Assembly: GCF_006345805.1 (NCBI RefSeq)
Contig: NW_021826780.1
Span: 1-11,940 of the forward strand
Direction: 5' to 3'
DNA: 11,940 nucleotides
DNA from: Octopus sinensis
Taxonomy: Eukaryota
Below the pieces are notes generated by a model that searched no databases, was not told where the DNA came from, and worked only from the letters and a program-made list of their open reading frames with translations. The translations under genes were made by a program, and so were the position numbers. This document shows, in pieces, positions 9,171 through 11,940 of the stretch; the first letter of the stretch is position 1; each line of letters starts with the position of its first letter.

Positions 9171-9486
9171 TCCTGTGCTGCAGGTTCGCATTATATAATT
9201 GTGTGTTCGAGTTAGGGCTTTTCCTATGAAGCATAAGTAGCAGTTAGCAAAAGGGAAATTATCCCCTCACCAAACATTAATATTCGCTCATGAGGGTAAC
9301 TCGACGTAGCCGCTCGATCTTTTTCCTGTATTTATAAAACGACCCTGCCTGAAGAAGAATGCATGTGGCTGGTATTGTTTCTTAATTCCTCGTCTCGACC
9401 TAGATTGACATTTAGCTAAACGGTAAAATAAAGAGAAAGATTTCCCAAATCGTAGGCTTTTCTGATATTTTAATTTGCGCTCACAA

Positions 9487-9515
9487 GACACACACACACA
9501 CACAAACACACGCGC

Positions 9516-9553
<38 letters not shown>
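9487..9553. repeat. (CA)n + (TA)n microsatellite
   Basis: Direct reading. Confidence 0.95.
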
Positions 9554-9555
<2 letters not shown>

Positions 9556-9556
<1 letters not shown>

Positions 9557-9964
9557 GGCGCAGGAGAGTCTGTGTCGTAAGTAGTTTATTTACAAACCAC
9601 AAGGTTCCGTGTTTAGTCCCACTGTGTGGCACCATGGGCAAGTGTCTTCTACTATAGCCTGGGGTCGACCAAAGCCTTGTCAGTGGAGGTAGTAGACAGA
9701 AACTGAAAGAAGCCCATCGTATGTATATATAAATATATGTGTGTGCGTGTGTGTGTGTGTCTATGTCTGTTTCTCCCCCACCCCCCAACATAACTTGATA
9801 ACCGATGCTGGTCTGTTTACGTCCCAGTAACTTAGCAGTTCGGCAAAAGAGCCCGATAGAATAAGTACTTGGCTCACAAATTATAAATCCTGGGGTAGAT
9901 TTGCTCTACTAAAGCGTTGCTCCATCACGGCCACAGCCAAATGACTGAAACAGGTAAAAGAATA
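9556..9964 (+). mobile_element. tRNA-derived SINE family A, full length
   Basis: Starts AGGCGCAGGAGAGTCTGTGTCGTAAG, contains CCATGGGCAAGTGTCTTCTACTATAGCC and an internal TA/TG tract, ends GACTGAAACAGGTAAAAGAATA. Homologous to 4272-4632 and 8721-9104. Confidence 0.92.
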
Positions 9965-9965
9965 T

Positions 9966-10066
9966 TTGTCTGTGGATTGCTCAGTCACTTGCACGTTAAT
10001 TTCATGAGCAGACTGTTCTGTTGATCGTATCAGCTGGGACCCTCGTCGTCGTAACCGACGGAGTCC
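9966..10066 (+). mobile_element. 3' fragment of SINE family C
   Basis: gttgatcgtatcagctgggaccctcgtcgtcgtaaccgacggag matches 4993-5036 (gttgatcgtatcagctgagaccctcgacgtcgttaccgacggag). Confidence 0.85.
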
Positions 10067-10073
10067 TTTCCTT

Positions 10074-10096
<23 letters not shown>

Positions 10097-10104
<8 letters not shown>

Positions 10105-10323
10105 GAAAGAATGGAGTTGAACGACGATTTACCAAAATTCCTTTATTCTCGACATATGCTTCGAAGACTGCATATTCCTAATTTCGAAGGAATAATGGGT
10201 GCATTATGCCGCCTAATGCACCCCTTATTCCTTCGAAATTGGGAATATGCAGTCTTCGAAGCATATGTCGAGAATAAAAGAATTTTGGTAAATCGTCGTT
10301 CAACTCCATTCTTTCATTTGTAT
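10097..10323. repeat. 227-bp foldback palindrome (110-bp arms, 7-nt loop); MITE-like or inverted PLE terminal-repeat pair
   Basis: Arms 10097-10206 and 10214-10323 are reverse complements with 4 mismatches and no indels. Loop TGCCGCC. Left flank is (TA)n at 10074-10099. Confidence 0.97.
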
Positions 10324-10789
10324 TAAAAAAAACACACAAATTTCCACACGAAAGCACGTGATCTCTGCCCTTGGCATGTAGCTTCAACCGTGTTTTCTGA
10401 CGTAAATTTGCTACCTGGGTATCGGTTAACCGAATTATCCATACTAGGATAATTCATTAATCTACTTATATATAATATATATATATAATATAATATATAC
10501 TTAAATACATACATGCATACATATTGCATATACAAATGTGTTTGTGTGTGTATATATACACAACACCTTTGTACATTTATTTGTCTTTGTCTCTCTCCAT
10601 ACCTCGCCCGCTCTGTATGTGTGTACGCGAATGTAATCATTGCTATATAACGTAATAAACAGGAGTTTTTTTCCTAACTCAATAAACAAGTGAAAGCATA
10701 GCATTACGTATCGAATACGTAGTTAAACGCTGACTTCTATAAAGCAAGCACCGAATGCAACACTTCGGATATATACTAAACATTCTTAT

Positions 10790-11865
10790 CTTCCCCGAAT
10801 ATCTGACATAACAAGCATTAAGAAATGCAACCATGTCTACAAATTCTCCAAGAACACAAGTAATTTGTGCGCATTTGATAAGGCTGTTTCAATTAAGTTT
10901 ATATCTAATAACATTATAGAGAATTTCAGAAAAGGTAGTTTAATATGCATGATGCTATTAATAATGAAGTAAGGCTATAACTATTAGACTAAAGCTACAT
11001 AATAGGGTAGAATTTCTGTCAAGCGTAAAGCTTACGTCACCTTAAAAGACCATAAGAATAATTCACATCTAAACCTAAAGGAAGGTTAATAAATCTTGCT
11101 AAGAGTTAATTTAAAGTGATCAATGCGTATATTCTAAATTATGTAAAGTCAAAATCAAAGTTAGAAAAACTACCAGCCCCTTCCAGTGGGATAATTCCAA
11201 TGTAGTATTTACTTAGATTATCATTATTAGGATTAAGAGAAAGAGTGGGTTAATTGCAAAAGATTTACTCGGTTTTATATTAGTCGTTCCATCACTGAAA
11301 TGTGAAAAAATTCTGCTAACTTATGCATTAAAATTCCGTTAGAAATAGTGTTATTTTAAAATCTTTGTGCACGTAAAATGTCGCTACGTTTCATTGGAAA
11401 ATCTGCAGTGTCGAAAGATATTAGTTTAAACTTTGGCGTCAGAATGGAGGATAATTGATTGAGCTAAAGTACAGACTGTTTTGTTTTTTTTTGTTTTATA
11501 TTCTACTAGACACTGTTAAAGGAGAAATTTAGGATTACATGAGAATGAAAGCTAAGCAATGTCGCATCATTCCAATAGTAATCATTTTGATAAAAGTGGA
11601 AAAAAATTGGAGTTATAATCACACGATAGAATTATATGTGCTTATAACTTCTTTAAATGTAACTTTAAATGTGGTGACGATAACCCCATTATAAAGAACT
11701 GAATTCGGACATTAATATAAGTAAAGTAATTTATCTCAGGATTAATTGATTTTAAGTATGATTAGCATAAAAATTAAGCAACCACTGATTTTAAAAAATT
11801 ATGGAAATCTAAATGTATTTGGTTTAATCCATTTTGTTAAACAATAAAAGTAAGTAGAAACAAGT
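10790..11865 (+). mobile_element. Decayed Penelope-like retroelement reverse transcriptase (pseudogenised; frameshifts, stops, internal deletions)
   Basis: Manual translation gives collinear motifs: SDITSIKKCNHVYKFSKNTSNL (from 10802), AYVTLKDHKNN (11030-11062), KPKGRLINLAKS (11071-11106), QWDNSNVV (11184-11207), SITE, CARK..FGVRM (11366-11446), NLGLHENES*A at the GLYRDDGLA position (from 11526), NF/NVTLN, IWFNP (11817-11831), TIKVS. The order matches the recalled invertebrate PLE pattern TLKDHKxNF..CRLINPAKS..QWxNT..FDVxMG..GLYRDD..NFLDVT..IWFNP. Confidence 0.85.
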
Positions 11866-11940
11866 GCGCTCAGAGAGCGCAAACCTCCGTCTAGGTGACA
11901 CCAACGATTAGTCTGAGATTATTTTTAAAATGAGAATATC

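Noticed and set aside
9287-9430. CTCATGAGGGTAACTCGAC and CTGAAGA...TAAACGGTA partial hammerhead look-alikes
   Set aside because: No convincing stem I, and GAAA is missing in both.
10021-10387. Two opposite-strand ORFs sharing ERMELNDDLPKF...
   Set aside because: Mirror artefact of the palindrome.
10790-11865. Possible UGA/selenocysteine recoding of the PLE ORF, as reported for some PLE clades
   Set aside because: Stops are a mix of TAA, TAG and TGA, with many frameshifts, indicating neutral decay.
1-11940. CRISPR array, operon or other prokaryotic system
   Set aside because: No regularly spaced repeat-spacer units and no dense coding; the sequence is clearly eukaryotic repeat-rich DNA.

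Overview
Eukaryotic, AT-rich, microsatellite-dense genomic DNA, most likely intronic/intergenic sequence of an octopus (inferred from recalled octopus tRNA-derived SINE families; not verified by search). There is no intact long gene, and nearly all ORF-track entries are microsatellite or palindrome artefacts. Supported content: about ten copies or fragments of three tRNA-derived SINE families, a TA-flanked Tc1/mariner(pogo)-type MITE, and two or three candidate small + strand exons. The most interesting signals are retroelement-related and absent from the ORF track. (1) A heavily decayed Penelope-like element (PLE) reverse transcriptase at ~10790-11865. (2) A 227-bp near-perfect hairpin (110-bp arms, 4 mismatches, 7-nt loop) at 10097-10323 whose arms resemble the 3' half of a PLE minimal hammerhead plus AATAAA. 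(3) Two degenerate minimal type I hammerhead-ribozyme-like folds (3485-3530 +, 9119-9170 -) and a weaker third. Together these suggest a PLE/ribozyme-linked family of non-autonomous elements. This link is an inference that needs copy-number and covariation tests.
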